Of a stretch of DNA of 64,000 bases, positions 1-10,539 are shown piece after piece. The stretch comes from Candidatus Levyibacteriota bacterium (GTDB lineage Bacteria; Patescibacteriota; Microgenomatia; Levybacterales; UBA12049). The translations under genes and the position numbers were made by a program. The notes below the pieces were generated by a model, which worked only from the letters and a program-made list of their open reading frames with translations, was not told the origin of the DNA and did not search any database. Within the stretch, counting starts at the first letter, position 1, and the number at the start of each line of letters is the position of its first letter. Where the stretch lies: assembly GCA_027334565.1 (NCBI GenBank), contig DAHWUP010000001.1, positions 94,726 through 158,725 of the forward strand, in the 5' to 3' direction.

Positions 1-1236
1 GCCTTCGGGAGGAACTCCGTAACGGAATGCTTCCAAAAACATGGAAATTTTTTTGGGATCCATTTTCCAGAGTTTGACATGCTGCTTCAACTGCTGGTAA
101 TCGTTAACCCTTCTTCCCCCGGAAAGCCATTCCAGCCCACGACAAAGCAAATCCATTCCCTCGTTATATTCCGGTTCATCGGGATTTGGATAAACATAGA
201 ACGGTTTATGCCGGGTAGGATATCCGTAAATAAATACGAAATCCGACCCCGTTTCTCGCTTGATGATTTCGCAGATTTCCCGCTCGTCTTCGGGATTTAG
301 GTCTTTTTGTCCGCGTACGTCCCGGCCTTTGATTTTGTAAATTTTTTCTTGCGCCTCCCGAAGACTCAAGTTCGGGGTCTTGTCAATCATTTGCGGGAGA
401 CCAACTTTAAAAAGTCTTAACTCATTTGTGCATTCTTTTTCAACCCTTTGAAGTATGAACCTAACTACTTGTTCTGCCATATCCTTGACATCGGTCCAGG
501 AATCGATAAACGCCATCTCTGCATCCAGCGAAACCACTTCCGCCAAATGTCTGGTAGTTACGCTTGGTTCTGCCCTGAAAATTTTGTTCACCGAAAATAC
601 ACGTTCAAAAGCCGACATCACGATTTGTTTATACAGTTGTGGACTTTGTGACAGATAGGCTTTGTGACCGAAATAATCGACCGCAAACACTTCCGCTCCG
701 CCTTCGGCAACCGCCGGTACGACCGATGGCGCCTGAAACTCAAAAAAACCTTCCTGCTTAAAAAATTCCCTGAAAGCATCAATAATAACCGCCTGAACTT
801 TGAAAATCGCCTGAATTTTAGGATGCCTTAGGGTTAGGGAACGATGATCCAAGAGGGTCGGCAACTCAAGGTTTAAGTCGTCCGCACCCATATCAAAAGG
901 CAGGGTTTCAGCCTCAGCCAATACCTTGATCTTAATAGCCTCAATCTCGACCGTCCCGCTTGCTAAATCCTTATTTACGGTGCCTTCTGGCCTCTTATTT
1001 ACCCTTCCAACGACCTCAACCGCATATTCCGCTCTTATATCCTGAGCGACTTTATATGAGTCCTCTGAGACCTTTGGATTGACTATTACTTGCACAATTC
1101 CGTTCCTGTCACGAAGGTCAAAAAAAATCAGCTTTCCGTGGTCACGCCTGATCTTGACCCAACCCCTAAGCATAATTTCTTTATCGATGAAATCTTTTGC
1201 CTCAGAAGACAACACCCTGGTTAATTTTTGAGCCAT
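1..1236 (-). CDS. aspS: aspartyl-tRNA synthetase, archaeal/eukaryotic-type class II (5' part runs off the window start; start codon at 1234-1236)
   Basis: Reverse-strand translation gives MAQKLTRVLSSEAKDFIDKEIMLRGWVKIRRDHGKLIFFDLRDRNG...FRAEPSVTTRHLAEV...GGAEVF, i.e. an anticodon-binding OB fold plus class II motifs. It is absent from the ORF track because it has no in-window stop. Confidence 0.75.
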   Translation of the reverse strand, partial: MAQKLTRVLSSEAKDFIDKEIMLRGWVKIRRDHGKLIFFDLRDRNGIVQVIVNPKVSEDSYKVAQDIRAEYAVEVVGRVNKRPEGTVNKDLASGTVEIEAIKIKVLAEAETLPFDMGADDLNLELPTLLDHRSLTLRHPKIQAIFKVQAVIIDAFREFFKQEGFFEFQAPSVVPAVAEGGAEVFAVDYFGHKAYLSQSPQLYKQIVMSAFERVFSVNKIFRAEPSVTTRHLAEVVSLDAEMAFIDSWTDVKDMAEQVVRFILQRVEKECTNELRLFKVGLPQMIDKTPNLSLREAQEKIYKIKGRDVRGQKDLNPEDEREICEIIKRETGSDFVFIYGYPTRHKPFYVYPNPDEPEYNEGMDLLCRGLEWLSGGRRVNDYQQLKQHVKLWKMDPKKISMFLEAFRYGVPPEG

Positions 1237-1431
1237 AACCCCACTATCATACACAAGAAACTCACGCTTGACAAGAAGCCCAGGCGGTGCTAAACTTATA
1301 TAGTCTTATAGTATTACTATGCAAATCGTAATTTTTGTATTTAAATTTATTTCGCTTAACTAACTTCCTAAACCCAGGAAGGCCATTTAACGACTTTCCC
1401 TGATGTTTGGAAGTTTTTTTGCGGCAAAAAT

Positions 1432-2316
1432 ATGACCAGACCAGAATCTCAACCGGTATCAACGAACGAATCAGGTATAACGGGCACAAACGGAATAGAT
1501 ACAACCGGAACGCTTTTTATGCAAGCAGACCCAAGGGTGGTCGGCATAGAAACCCGTAGAATAGCCAGGGCAGAAAGATTTCAAAGCGACTTGAATATCT
1601 TAACCCAACTACTTGCCGACGAAGGTCACGGAACCGACTATGCAAAAGATGCCGGCGCAAACCTGATGGAAGAATTTTCCGCCTCCACTTCTGAGGCTCA
1701 AAAAGAGCTCGCGGCAAGACTGGCAACAGCCGTTGACGCGAAGTTAAGGCGTAGGTTAACATCGGATTTGAGTTATCTGGATGAAATTAAAAGGGAAAAC
1801 GGGTTTACTGCGGTAGGAGCAGAGGAAGAAAGAGCTTGGCGAACATTATTTACGCAAGCTTCCAAAAAAGACAAGCTGATGCTGGTGAGGGACTTAAGAA
1901 GCGAACTGGAAACAACTCTGGTTGCTCATTTTGGATATTATTTGTCCGCATGGCAAGACAGGTTATCGGAAATGGACAGACCACAAGAGGTTATTGAAAA
2001 AGAAGTATCCGCTCTAAACGAAAAATTCGGTAACGCATCCGATAGAGGTAAGGTTGGAATTGCCAAGACCCTCAGGGAAAAAGTGATCGCATCCGCAGAG
2101 TCAAGCGCTACAGCCAGATTTGAAGCTTTTATGGAGATTTATGAAGAGTTAACCAGGAATAAAGGTCTTGATGGAGACGATTATCCAGAAGCCGAGGGCC
2201 TGAGACAAACTTTTCTTAAAGCGAACAAAGCAAGAAGGACAGGGTTAACTAACAATCTTGAATCTCTGGTCTTCAGGGCTATCACCGCCAAACCTAAAAA
2301 CTTTCCCAGCGCCTAA
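1432..2316 (+). CDS. hypothetical soluble alpha-helical protein (294 aa)
   Basis: Long ORF divergent from aspS. It is charged and helical, and I recognise no family. Confidence 0.4.
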   Translation: MTRPESQPVSTNESGITGTNGIDTTGTLFMQADPRVVGIETRRIARAERFQSDLNILTQLLADEGHGTDYAKDAGANLMEEFSASTSEAQKELAARLATAVDAKLRRRLTSDLSYLDEIKRENGFTAVGAEEERAWRTLFTQASKKDKLMLVRDLRSELETTLVAHFGYYLSAWQDRLSEMDRPQEVIEKEVSALNEKFGNASDRGKVGIAKTLREKVIASAESSATARFEAFMEIYEELTRNKGLDGDDYPEAEGLRQTFLKANKARRTGLTNNLESLVFRAITAKPKNFPSA

Positions 2317-3977
2317 ATCCGCTTGAGATCTTTTACCTTTAACTGCAAGTTTTTATATCCGTTCCAGATATGTTCATCCAAAACGTATACCGCGTCCACT
2401 TTGTCACCCGTTTTAACTTTGGAGTATTGCCCTCCTTTAAAATAGATCCCCTCAAATCTTAAGTCGGAGTGTTGGGACCTAAAACCTAATTTAAGATGCT
2501 CTCCGTCACTTCCGACGGTTCTTAAGTTTTCAACCGTGAGATTTTTGGTCAAAAAAGTCGGCTCCGGGTTACCCATGCCAAAAGGCGCCAGTTTTTGGGT
2601 TAGGTCATAAGTTCCTGAAGTTATAAGTTCTTCCGGTAGCTCCAAGTCTATTCTCAAGCTTCGAACAAGCTGGTCTTTGGTGATCATTTTTTCCGCCACT
2701 TCAAATAATTTCTTTTCCAGTTCGTTAAGTTTTTCGGTTTCGACCGTAAACCCGGCCGCCATCGGATGTCCGCCGATATCAACCATCAAATCCGACGCTG
2801 TCCGTAAAAATTGCGTGATGTTAAAACCCTTAACCGAACGCGCCGAAGCTTTACTGTATTTTTTGCCTTTGGAAATGACAATGGACGGTAGATAATATTC
2901 CTCGACCAGTCTTCCGGCGACCAGACCGACGATCCCCTGATTGAAGCCGTCGCTTGAAATAAAAATCAGTTTTCCTAAGGTTTTTTTATCGACTTTTTCT
3001 TTGGCATAATCCAAAGCCTCAAGCGTCAGTTGTTGTCTTGCGGTATTGGTATCGGATAGAAGCGTTGCTAGTTTATCGGCTCTTTCCCGGCTTTTGGTGC
3101 AAATTAACCTTAACGAATCTGTTGCGTCATCGAGTCTTCCCGTCGCGTTAAGCCTCGGCGCGATGATATGCCCTATCTCGTATACCCCGATTTCTTGCTT
3201 ATCCATACCGGCTTTTGCAAAAAGGGCCAAAAGTCCCGGACGCCGCGTCCTTTGCAACGTTTTAAGTCCGAAATATAACAGAGTCCGGTTAGCGCCGACT
3301 AAAGGAACCAGGTCCGCAACGGTCGCCAAAGCTACCAAAGAAAGGTGATCATCCTGCTCGGTTTTAAATGTTGAATTTGATATTTTAAATTCTCTGGCAA
3401 GAAGGTATGCCACGCCCGCGCCGCAGAGTTTGGTGGTATGAACTATCGAAAAAGCTTTTGGAAGATCGGCCGAGGGCGTATGATGATCGGTAACTATCAC
3501 GTCCACGCCGTTTTTTTGAGCATAAGCTACCGCGTCGTTGGCCACTATTCCGTTGTCAACGGTGATAATTAGCGAAATGTCCTGTTTTTGCAGTATCGCG
3601 TCTATTCCCTCTTTCGATAATCCGTAACCCTGCTCAAACCGGCTGGGGATGAAAGGTAAAACTTGAGCCCCGATCGAACTTAAAGTTTCCCAGATGATCG
3701 CCGAGGCACACACCCCGTCAACATCGTAATCGCCGTAAATAATGATTTTTTCTTTGTTCTCGATCGCTTGTTTGATTCTTCCAACGGATTTTCTCAAATT
3801 TTTGATATTTATTCCGACCTTTTGCGGAGTAACTTTGGATAAATCCGGATCTAAAAATTCCTTAATTTCATTTTTGTTTTTAATTCCTCTGTTACGAAGC
3901 AGGACGTTGTTGATGTTTTGGGGCGTGATTTGAGGGTCCCCGCTGCTGTTTTGGTACTCTACCCGCCAATTGTTCAT
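2313..3977 (-). CDS. recJ: single-stranded-DNA-specific exonuclease RecJ
   Basis: DHH motifs (IIIYGDYDVDGVCASAI, VIVTDHHTP), a DHHA1-like region, and 554 aa length. Confidence 0.85.
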   Translation of the reverse strand: MNNWRVEYQNSSGDPQITPQNINNVLLRNRGIKNKNEIKEFLDPDLSKVTPQKVGINIKNLRKSVGRIKQAIENKEKIIIYGDYDVDGVCASAIIWETLSSIGAQVLPFIPSRFEQGYGLSKEGIDAILQKQDISLIITVDNGIVANDAVAYAQKNGVDVIVTDHHTPSADLPKAFSIVHTTKLCGAGVAYLLAREFKISNSTFKTEQDDHLSLVALATVADLVPLVGANRTLLYFGLKTLQRTRRPGLLALFAKAGMDKQEIGVYEIGHIIAPRLNATGRLDDATDSLRLICTKSRERADKLATLLSDTNTARQQLTLEALDYAKEKVDKKTLGKLIFISSDGFNQGIVGLVAGRLVEEYYLPSIVISKGKKYSKASARSVKGFNITQFLRTASDLMVDIGGHPMAAGFTVETEKLNELEKKLFEVAEKMITKDQLVRSLRIDLELPEELITSGTYDLTQKLAPFGMGNPEPTFLTKNLTVENLRTVGSDGEHLKLGFRSQHSDLRFEGIYFKGGQYSKVKTGDKVDAVYVLDEHIWNGYKNLQLKVKDLKRI

Positions 3978-3991
3978 AAGCGATTTTATTC

Positions 3992-4006
3992 TGCTATACT
4001 ATAGCA
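3992..4006. promoter_or_regulatory. 15-bp perfect palindrome tgctata-c-tatagca in the 50-bp recJ/cca divergent gap; reads TATACT on one strand and TATAGT on the other
   Basis: Seen directly in the sequence; candidate shared -10 element or operator. Confidence 0.3.
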
Positions 4007-4027
4007 AAGCCTGAGGTTAGGCACAAT

Positions 4028-5392
4028 ATGACAAGGCAAATTCCCGAAAGCGTTCTTAAAGTTTTCCACACTCTCAATAATCACAATTTCGAAAGCTACC
4101 TGGTCGGAGGAAGCGTCCGCGACCTACTGCTTCAAAGACCGGTCAAAGACTGGGATCTTACCACCAACGCGCCTCCCGCCGAATTAACCGAAATTTTTAA
4201 AGACGGTTTTTATAACAACCAGTTCGGGACGGTGGGAATTCCGGCCGAAATCGACGGCAAACCGCAGGTTATCGAAGTAACCACTTTCAGGACCGAGGTC
4301 AGCAAAACCCCGACGCATAAGCCCGACATTGTGTCTTGGGGAAAAAACATCGAGGAGGACCTTGGGAGACGCGATTTCACAATCAACGCCATCGCGATGC
4401 GTCAGGATGGCGAGTTGATCGACCCCTACTTCGGGGAAAAAGACCTGGAAAGAAAAATCATCAAAGCCGTCGGCGATCCCGGATTAAGGTTTAAGGAGGA
4501 TGCGCTAAGGCTTTTAAGGGCGGTGCGTATTGCAACGGAACTTGAATTTACAATCGAAGAACACACCTTAAGACAAATTACTGAAGACGCGCCGCTTCTT
4601 AAGCACATCTCCTGGGAAAGGATAAATACGGAACTGTTAAGGATTCTGGCAAGCAAAAACGCATATGAAGGGATCATGCTTTTATATAAACTTAAGCTTT
4701 TGGAATACATTCTCCCGGAATTGGTACGGGGGGTCGGTATTTCGCAGGCAAGGCCCGGCAGACACCATACCGAGGACGTTTTCACACATAATGTATTGTC
4801 GCTAAAATATTGCCCTTCAAACGATCCTTTGGTCAGATTTTCCACGCTGATTCATGATATCGGAAAGCCGAACGTGGAAGCTAAGGATGAAAAAGGACTG
4901 GTTATCTTTCATAACCACGAAATGGTCGGCGCCAAAATGGCAGCCGAAATCTGTGACCGGCTAAGATTCTCAAAAAAAGAGAAAGAAAAAGTGGTAACAC
5001 TGGTAAGATGGCATATGTTTTCGGTGAACGAAAATCAAACCGATGCCGCCGTCAGGCGTTTCATCCGCAGGATAGGAACCGAAAATATCAGGGACATGAT
5101 GGATCTTCGTATCGGCGACCGGCTTGGCGGAGGAACGCAAACCGCGGAAAGCTGGCGGCTAAAACTGTTTAAGAAAAAAGTGGAAAAACAGTTACAGCCC
5201 GCTCCCTTTTCGGTTAATGACCTGGCGGTCGACGGTAACGACGTGATGAAAATATTGAAAATTAAACCCGGGCCAATTGTCGGCAAAATATTACAGCAAC
5301 TTTTTGAAGAAGTCGATGAGGATTTATCAAAAAACAACAAGGAGTTTCTGGATAGAAGGATCGATGGGCTTGGAAAAGATTTGGTAAAATAA
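4028..5392 (+). CDS. cca: CCA-adding tRNA nucleotidyltransferase with HD domain
   Basis: PolyA-polymerase head motif GGSVRDLLL; HD domain (HHTEDVFTHN...IHDIGK). Confidence 0.8.
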   Translation: MTRQIPESVLKVFHTLNNHNFESYLVGGSVRDLLLQRPVKDWDLTTNAPPAELTEIFKDGFYNNQFGTVGIPAEIDGKPQVIEVTTFRTEVSKTPTHKPDIVSWGKNIEEDLGRRDFTINAIAMRQDGELIDPYFGEKDLERKIIKAVGDPGLRFKEDALRLLRAVRIATELEFTIEEHTLRQITEDAPLLKHISWERINTELLRILASKNAYEGIMLLYKLKLLEYILPELVRGVGISQARPGRHHTEDVFTHNVLSLKYCPSNDPLVRFSTLIHDIGKPNVEAKDEKGLVIFHNHEMVGAKMAAEICDRLRFSKKEKEKVVTLVRWHMFSVNENQTDAAVRRFIRRIGTENIRDMMDLRIGDRLGGGTQTAESWRLKLFKKKVEKQLQPAPFSVNDLAVDGNDVMKILKIKPGPIVGKILQQLFEEVDEDLSKNNKEFLDRRIDGLGKDLVK

Positions 5393-5452
5393 TATAATTC
5401 TAATGCCTGCAATGAGCAGATTTATCCTGAGTAAAGTCGAAGGAATCAAACT

Positions 5453-5905
5453 ATGAGTAAGAAAAATTTACAGGAAGAATTAAAACAATCGGTACTTTCC
5501 AAAAACGAATTAAAAACTTCCGTTTTGAGAATGCTTTTGTCTGCTATAAATTATTATGAAATCCAAAAAGGCGGTGCCGGTTATGAAGCGACGGAAGAAG
5601 ACGTTATGACCGTGATCCAAAGTCAGGCAAAGCAAAGAAGAGATTCCATTGAGGAATTCAAAAAAGCGAAAAGGCAGGAACTGGTCGATAAGGAAAGCAA
5701 AGAACTGGAATATCTGAATGCGTATCTGCCGGCGCAAATGAGCGAGGAGGAAGTAAAAAATCTCGTAGCCGAAGCGGTAAAACAATCGGGTGCGACCTCA
5801 ATGGCCGACATAGGAAAAGTGATGGGGATTTTGATGCCTAAAGTCAAAGGCAAAGCCGACGGCGCGATGGTTAGCAGTCTTGTCAAACAAGCTCTTACTT
5901 CTTAA
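5453..5905 (+). CDS. yqeY: GatB/YqeY-domain protein
   Basis: 150 aa with the typical YqeY N-terminus (LKQSVLSKNELKTSVLRMLLSAINYYEIQKG). Confidence 0.7.
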   Translation: MSKKNLQEELKQSVLSKNELKTSVLRMLLSAINYYEIQKGGAGYEATEEDVMTVIQSQAKQRRDSIEEFKKAKRQELVDKESKELEYLNAYLPAQMSEEEVKNLVAEAVKQSGATSMADIGKVMGILMPKVKGKADGAMVSSLVKQALTS

Positions 5906-6797
5906 CCCTCTTGTTAATTAGATCCTGCCAGACGACCAGAAGCGGTGAGGCATTGAAAATCGACGAATAGGTTCCGGAAACAATACCGATCAAAAGCGCC
6001 ACCACGAACCAGCGGATCGACTCTCCCCCGAAAATAAGAAGGGCCATCAGCACCAAAAGCACGGTTAATGAAGTATTCAAAGACCTGTCTAGGGTCTGTA
6101 GGATCGAATCGTTCACAACGGTTGCGAATTCTTCCCCGCCGACCCGCTTAAGGTTTTCCCTTATCCTGTCGAAAACAACGATAGTGTCATGAACGGAAAA
6201 ACCGATCACCGTTAAAGCGGCGGTCAAAAACAAGCTGTCAATTTCAACTCCCAGGAAATGACCGAGAATCGAAAAGATCCCCAAAAGGACCAATACGTCG
6301 TGGATAAGAGCAATGATCGCGCAGATGCCGAATCGAAAACTTGAGGCGGGTTTCGGTACTTTTCTGAAAGTCCAGGTGATATATAACACAATCAGAAGCG
6401 ATGCTACCACCAGCGCCTTGACGGCATTTGCGGTGGTTTCGGAGCCTATGGTCGGGCCGACCGTATCGTAGGATTCCTGCTGGAAATCCTTATATTTGTT
6501 TTTTAATGCGGTGGTAACGGACACGTCGGTCTTTTGATCGACAGGCTTTGTTTTAAGAAGTACCGTATTACCGGAAGGCTCAACGCTTAAAACCTGTATC
6601 TTGTTCTGCGAAAAAGTATTGTCGATGAAATTCAATTCTGTTTTAGTGACGACTTGTTTGAAAGAAAAAGTGAAATTCGTTCCTCCGGTGAACTCGATCG
6701 ACAAATTCAATCCCCAAAGAAGCAACGAAATCACTCCGGGAATGATGATTAGAAGCGAAAAAAGAAAATACCAGTACTTTTTTCCGATAATATTCAT
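5895..6797 (-). CDS. secF: protein-export membrane protein SecF
   Basis: EFTGGT motif, six transmembrane segments, RND-like fold, adjacent to secD. Confidence 0.85.
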   Translation of the reverse strand: MNIIGKKYWYFLFSLLIIIPGVISLLLWGLNLSIEFTGGTNFTFSFKQVVTKTELNFIDNTFSQNKIQVLSVEPSGNTVLLKTKPVDQKTDVSVTTALKNKYKDFQQESYDTVGPTIGSETTANAVKALVVASLLIVLYITWTFRKVPKPASSFRFGICAIIALIHDVLVLLGIFSILGHFLGVEIDSLFLTAALTVIGFSVHDTIVVFDRIRENLKRVGGEEFATVVNDSILQTLDRSLNTSLTVLLVLMALLIFGGESIRWFVVALLIGIVSGTYSSIFNASPLLVVWQDLINKRVKK

Positions 6798-6798
6798 A

Positions 6799-8139
6799 TC
6801 ATTTAAAAATTTGTCTTAAAAACGTCCGTGTTATCACAACCGCCGAAAACATCGATACCAAAACACCCAAAGCCAGAACCAATGCAAAACCCTTGACCAT
6901 ACCCGTCCCGAATTCGTACAGCACAAAACAGGTGATAAGGGTCGAAACGTTGGAATCCCGTATCGAAGTCCAGGCCCTGGAAAAACCGAGCTCTATCGAA
7001 GTTTCCCTTGATTTTCCCGACCGCAGTTCCTCTTTCATTCTCTCAAATATCAAAATGTTCGCGTCAACCGCCATTCCAATTGACAATATGAAACCGGCAA
7101 TTCCCGAAAGCGTCAGGGTTATACCGTAAGGCGTAACCGAACTTAACTTGAAGATCGCCAGGACAAAAAGCGTATACAAACAAAGCGCCAAACTGGCAAT
7201 GAAACCAAGTCTCCCGTAAAGCATCATCATGAAGAAGACGATTATTAAAAATCCCAAAACCCCGGCAAACAGCGATTTCTCAAGAGAGGTCGTCCCAAGC
7301 GTTGGTTGGATAACGCTGGTCGATAAAACCGACAGCGGAACAGGTAGCGCGCCGGCATTTAGTTCGGTGCTCAACTGGTTAGCCTGATCGACGGTGAAAT
7401 TCCCGTTGATGACCCCGCTTCCGTTTAAAATCGGTTCCTGCACCGTCGGCGGATAACCCAACAGCTGGTTATCCAAAACTATTGCCAAGCGCTTGCCCAC
7501 CAAACGGCTGGTGATGTCGCCGAATTTCTTCCCTCCGCCCGAAGTAAAGGTCAGTTGCACCTGCGGTTGACCGGATTGCGAGTCAAAAGTAACGCTGGTC
7601 GATTGGATATCGGCGCCTGTTAAGTTGGTTTTTTTGTAATAAGTGCCGTAAGCATAAATCACCTGATTTACGGGCAAAAGTCTGGCGGAAGCACTCGAAA
7701 TTTCCTCCCAAAACGAAAGTTGAGCGGTAGTCCCGATTAGACTTCTAACCTGGTTTACGTCGGTCAAGCCCGGCAAATCCACCGAAATACGGTAATCGTT
7801 GTTTCCTAAGATCATCGTTTGGACCACCGGCTCGGAAACCCCGAACAGGTTAACCCTGTTCTCAATCACAACTCTGGCGCTGTCCAAAGCGTTGGTCCTT
7901 TGATCCTGAGGAATGCTATTCATATCGGCTTTTAGCACCAGACTCGTGCCACCCTCAAGGTCCAAACCGCGTCTGAAGGTCATCGGCTGGGTAATGTTCA
8001 GTTTCTGTAAAACCACATTGGGGTCAAAATTAAGCTTATAATTTCCGATTTTGATATTATTTACAACCGGTAAGTTAATAAAAACCGCCACGATAGTCAA
8101 GACAATGATCAACCAAAACAGAGTACGCGGATTTCTCAT
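6799..8139 (-). CDS. secD: protein-export membrane protein SecD
   Basis: LDLEGGTSLVL motif, large periplasmic loop and C-terminal transmembrane bundle. Confidence 0.85.
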   Translation of the reverse strand: MRNPRTLFWLIIVLTIVAVFINLPVVNNIKIGNYKLNFDPNVVLQKLNITQPMTFRRGLDLEGGTSLVLKADMNSIPQDQRTNALDSARVVIENRVNLFGVSEPVVQTMILGNNDYRISVDLPGLTDVNQVRSLIGTTAQLSFWEEISSASARLLPVNQVIYAYGTYYKKTNLTGADIQSTSVTFDSQSGQPQVQLTFTSGGGKKFGDITSRLVGKRLAIVLDNQLLGYPPTVQEPILNGSGVINGNFTVDQANQLSTELNAGALPVPLSVLSTSVIQPTLGTTSLEKSLFAGVLGFLIIVFFMMMLYGRLGFIASLALCLYTLFVLAIFKLSSVTPYGITLTLSGIAGFILSIGMAVDANILIFERMKEELRSGKSRETSIELGFSRAWTSIRDSNVSTLITCFVLYEFGTGMVKGFALVLALGVLVSMFSAVVITRTFLRQIFK

Positions 8140-8182
8140 AGATTCGATTTATTTTCAGTAACACCCAAACGAAGTCAAAATG

Positions 8183-8758
8183 TCAAGAAAGCATCGCTTC
8201 TTCGTCGCCCAAGAGCATGACCCTGGAACCGGATAAAATCGCCATGATAAAAGGATCACGTTTCTTCTTTCTGAAATCGAATTCCTCGTCGCTCATCACC
8301 GTATAATTTATTTCAGTATTCAACCTTTTTTCTTCCTCTCTCACCAACAAAGCCAGTTCCGGAAGAACCACGTTTCCTACTATTAATAAATCCACTTCGT
8401 CAGGCTCTTTTTTGATCTTTCTCAAAAAACGTCCCGAAAACATCGCAAATTTAATTTTTCCAAGTTTAACCCTGTTTTTTAATATCTCAGCCCCTAAACC
8501 GATGTTTTTGGAACCGAGTCTTAACAAATCGTAGTAAAAGGGGTAATTTTTTGAGAGGAAATAATATACTCTGTTAGCCCGCGGCTCTTTGGACAGAATT
8601 CCTTTTTTCTCCAAAAATGCCAGTTCTCTTCTTACCGCGTTTATTTCGTCGTTTGTCCTTCTGACCAGCTCCCTGACGTGGAACATATCGTTGGGATTTG
8701 CCAAAAAGACGTTTAATAATTTCACCCGCGACTTGGATGTGATCAAATCTGAAAACAT
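8183..8758 (-). CDS. winged-helix DNA-binding regulator-like protein with a C-terminal nucleotidyltransferase-like region
   Basis: N-terminal wHTH-like segment (VRELVRRTNDEINAVRRELAFLEKKGIL); DLLIVG motif downstream. Confidence 0.4.
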   Translation of the reverse strand: MFSDLITSKSRVKLLNVFLANPNDMFHVRELVRRTNDEINAVRRELAFLEKKGILSKEPRANRVYYFLSKNYPFYYDLLRLGSKNIGLGAEILKNRVKLGKIKFAMFSGRFLRKIKKEPDEVDLLIVGNVVLPELALLVREEEKRLNTEINYTVMSDEEFDFRKKKRDPFIMAILSGSRVMLLGDEEAMLS

Positions 8759-8831
8759 AATTTGTTCTATTTATCCTCGAGGATAAATATACAAAACAAT
8801 TTCGGAATTGGCAAGAGGGAAAATTATTCGC

Positions 8832-10019
8832 TTATTTAACGGTCAAAATACCTTCGGGCGGCAGGATCTCAAACCACATTTGCCCTCTGTCAAACTTGAT
8901 CTGGTTTCCCGAAGCATCGGTAAGAATAGTCCTTGAGGTTCTGGATTGTTTTGTCCAGGTAGCGTTTATCCTTTTACCGTCCTTGAACACGACAGCCGTA
9001 CCGCTGCCCTTATCACTATATAAAAGGTGGTCGTTGGCCACATACCCATCTTCGGCATTTTGTTCGTCCATATTCAAGACTATTATATCTTTAGACTCGA
9101 TTTGTTTCCCGTTATCCTTATCCGTTTGAGGATTGCCTGCTTCAAAGCGTTTGTAAAGGTTGGTCTTGGGGTCGTATACCCAGTCGACAAAGTAGTCGGA
9201 ACCCATAGATGGCCAAAATTCAAGGTGAATTGTTTGACTCGCCGGCCTTTGTGACAAGGGCGCATCGTTAGTAAATTGATAGGGAACGAAGGTCGAATCC
9301 CAGGATGTTCCGTTCGGATCGACGTTGGTCAATTTTCGGTATTTTGCCGCATAATCCCAGAGACCGGTGGTTGTCGAATACATGGTATGCTCGGTCGCCA
9401 CATCCTGTCCGTTCGGCAACTTAAGTCTTGAATAGTCACGGTAGAAAGTTAAATCGACAAAACTGAACTGGTTCAAATCGTTATAGTTCGTCCAGCCGTA
9501 GTCGGTCAGCTGGCCAAGTGCATCCGCAGGACCGGGCTGGTTTGCTCCTCCCACATGAGCGTATAAAGGACTGGTGCCGTATTCGGAAATAAAGTCTATG
9601 AAATAGGTTCTTGCCGATCGAACCGGTCCGACGATACCTGCATCCTGGCAATAAAAAACCGCCAAAAACCTGGTAATGCCGCCTTCGGCTACCGCTTCAT
9701 AAACCGTATCCGCACTGGTCAATCCGGACTGAGGTCTTGCCTCCACCTGATTTTCTATCATGACCCCGAGCGGTCTATGTTTTTGCCACCAGGCTTCTTG
9801 CTGCTTGGAATATAACTCGCCGTTTATAGGACAGGCTTGGGTCTTGGGCAACGACTGATCAAAAGCTAAACTTCCATTGGCACCGGTGGTTGGGGCAGCT
9901 ATTGGGGTAATTACGGCACCCTGGGTAACTTTACCTGAAAAGAATAGATATGATGCTCCGGCCGAAATAAAATACAATCCGATCGCAAAAAGCGTGACAA
10001 TTATTTTGTTTCTATCCAT
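8832..10019 (-). CDS. hypothetical secreted/membrane-anchored protein (395 aa)
   Basis: N-terminal transmembrane/signal segment; Trp/Tyr-rich extracytoplasmic domain. Confidence 0.4.
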   Translation of the reverse strand: MDRNKIIVTLFAIGLYFISAGASYLFFSGKVTQGAVITPIAAPTTGANGSLAFDQSLPKTQACPINGELYSKQQEAWWQKHRPLGVMIENQVEARPQSGLTSADTVYEAVAEGGITRFLAVFYCQDAGIVGPVRSARTYFIDFISEYGTSPLYAHVGGANQPGPADALGQLTDYGWTNYNDLNQFSFVDLTFYRDYSRLKLPNGQDVATEHTMYSTTTGLWDYAAKYRKLTNVDPNGTSWDSTFVPYQFTNDAPLSQRPASQTIHLEFWPSMGSDYFVDWVYDPKTNLYKRFEAGNPQTDKDNGKQIESKDIIVLNMDEQNAEDGYVANDHLLYSDKGSGTAVVFKDGKRINATWTKQSRTSRTILTDASGNQIKFDRGQMWFEILPPEGILTVK

Positions 10020-10023
10020 AATA

Positions 10024-10518
10024 TTATTTTGCTTCCCTTAAAGCCCTTTTTTCTTCTTCGGAAAGCTCGTATTCGATACCCTTTCCGTCTATCACTTTCT
10101 TGGCATACCATCTGGTCCCCGACCTTGAATAAAGACCGGAAATTATCACCCCGGTATCGTTACCGTTAACTAGGGAAAGGATAAAGCTTTGGTCTCCTCC
10201 GGTGTCCTTGAAAGGATTGAACCTGATTAGCCCAACCTTCTGGATGTGTAAAAAACCATCCTTCTCTAATTTTAGCGAATAATCCTTCAAATAATCAATA
10301 TCCTTTTTGTTCAGCTCCAGCTCCTTTAGTACTTCTTCCAAAACCGTTCGGAGGTTTTTTGGGCTGACACCTTTGGTGAGGTTATTATAGTGACGCAGGA
10401 TCCTCCAGAAGAATAATGACAATGCAACAAGCCAAACAAAAATCACGACAAAAACCAAATAAATCAAATTGTTTGGCATAATAAAATTTATATTAGCCTC
10501 TTGACAGCCTCGTGTCAA
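10024..10518 (-). CDS. DUF4446-like membrane-anchored protein
   Basis: N-terminal transmembrane segment, then IQKVGLIRFNPFKDTGGDQSFILSL...YELSEEEKRAL, which matches my recollection of the DUF4446 signature. Confidence 0.45.
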   Translation of the reverse strand: MTRGCQEANINFIMPNNLIYLVFVVIFVWLVALSLFFWRILRHYNNLTKGVSPKNLRTVLEEVLKELELNKKDIDYLKDYSLKLEKDGFLHIQKVGLIRFNPFKDTGGDQSFILSLVNGNDTGVIISGLYSRSGTRWYAKKVIDGKGIEYELSEEEKRALREAK

Positions 10519-10539
10519 TAGTGTAATCTAGCCTCTATC

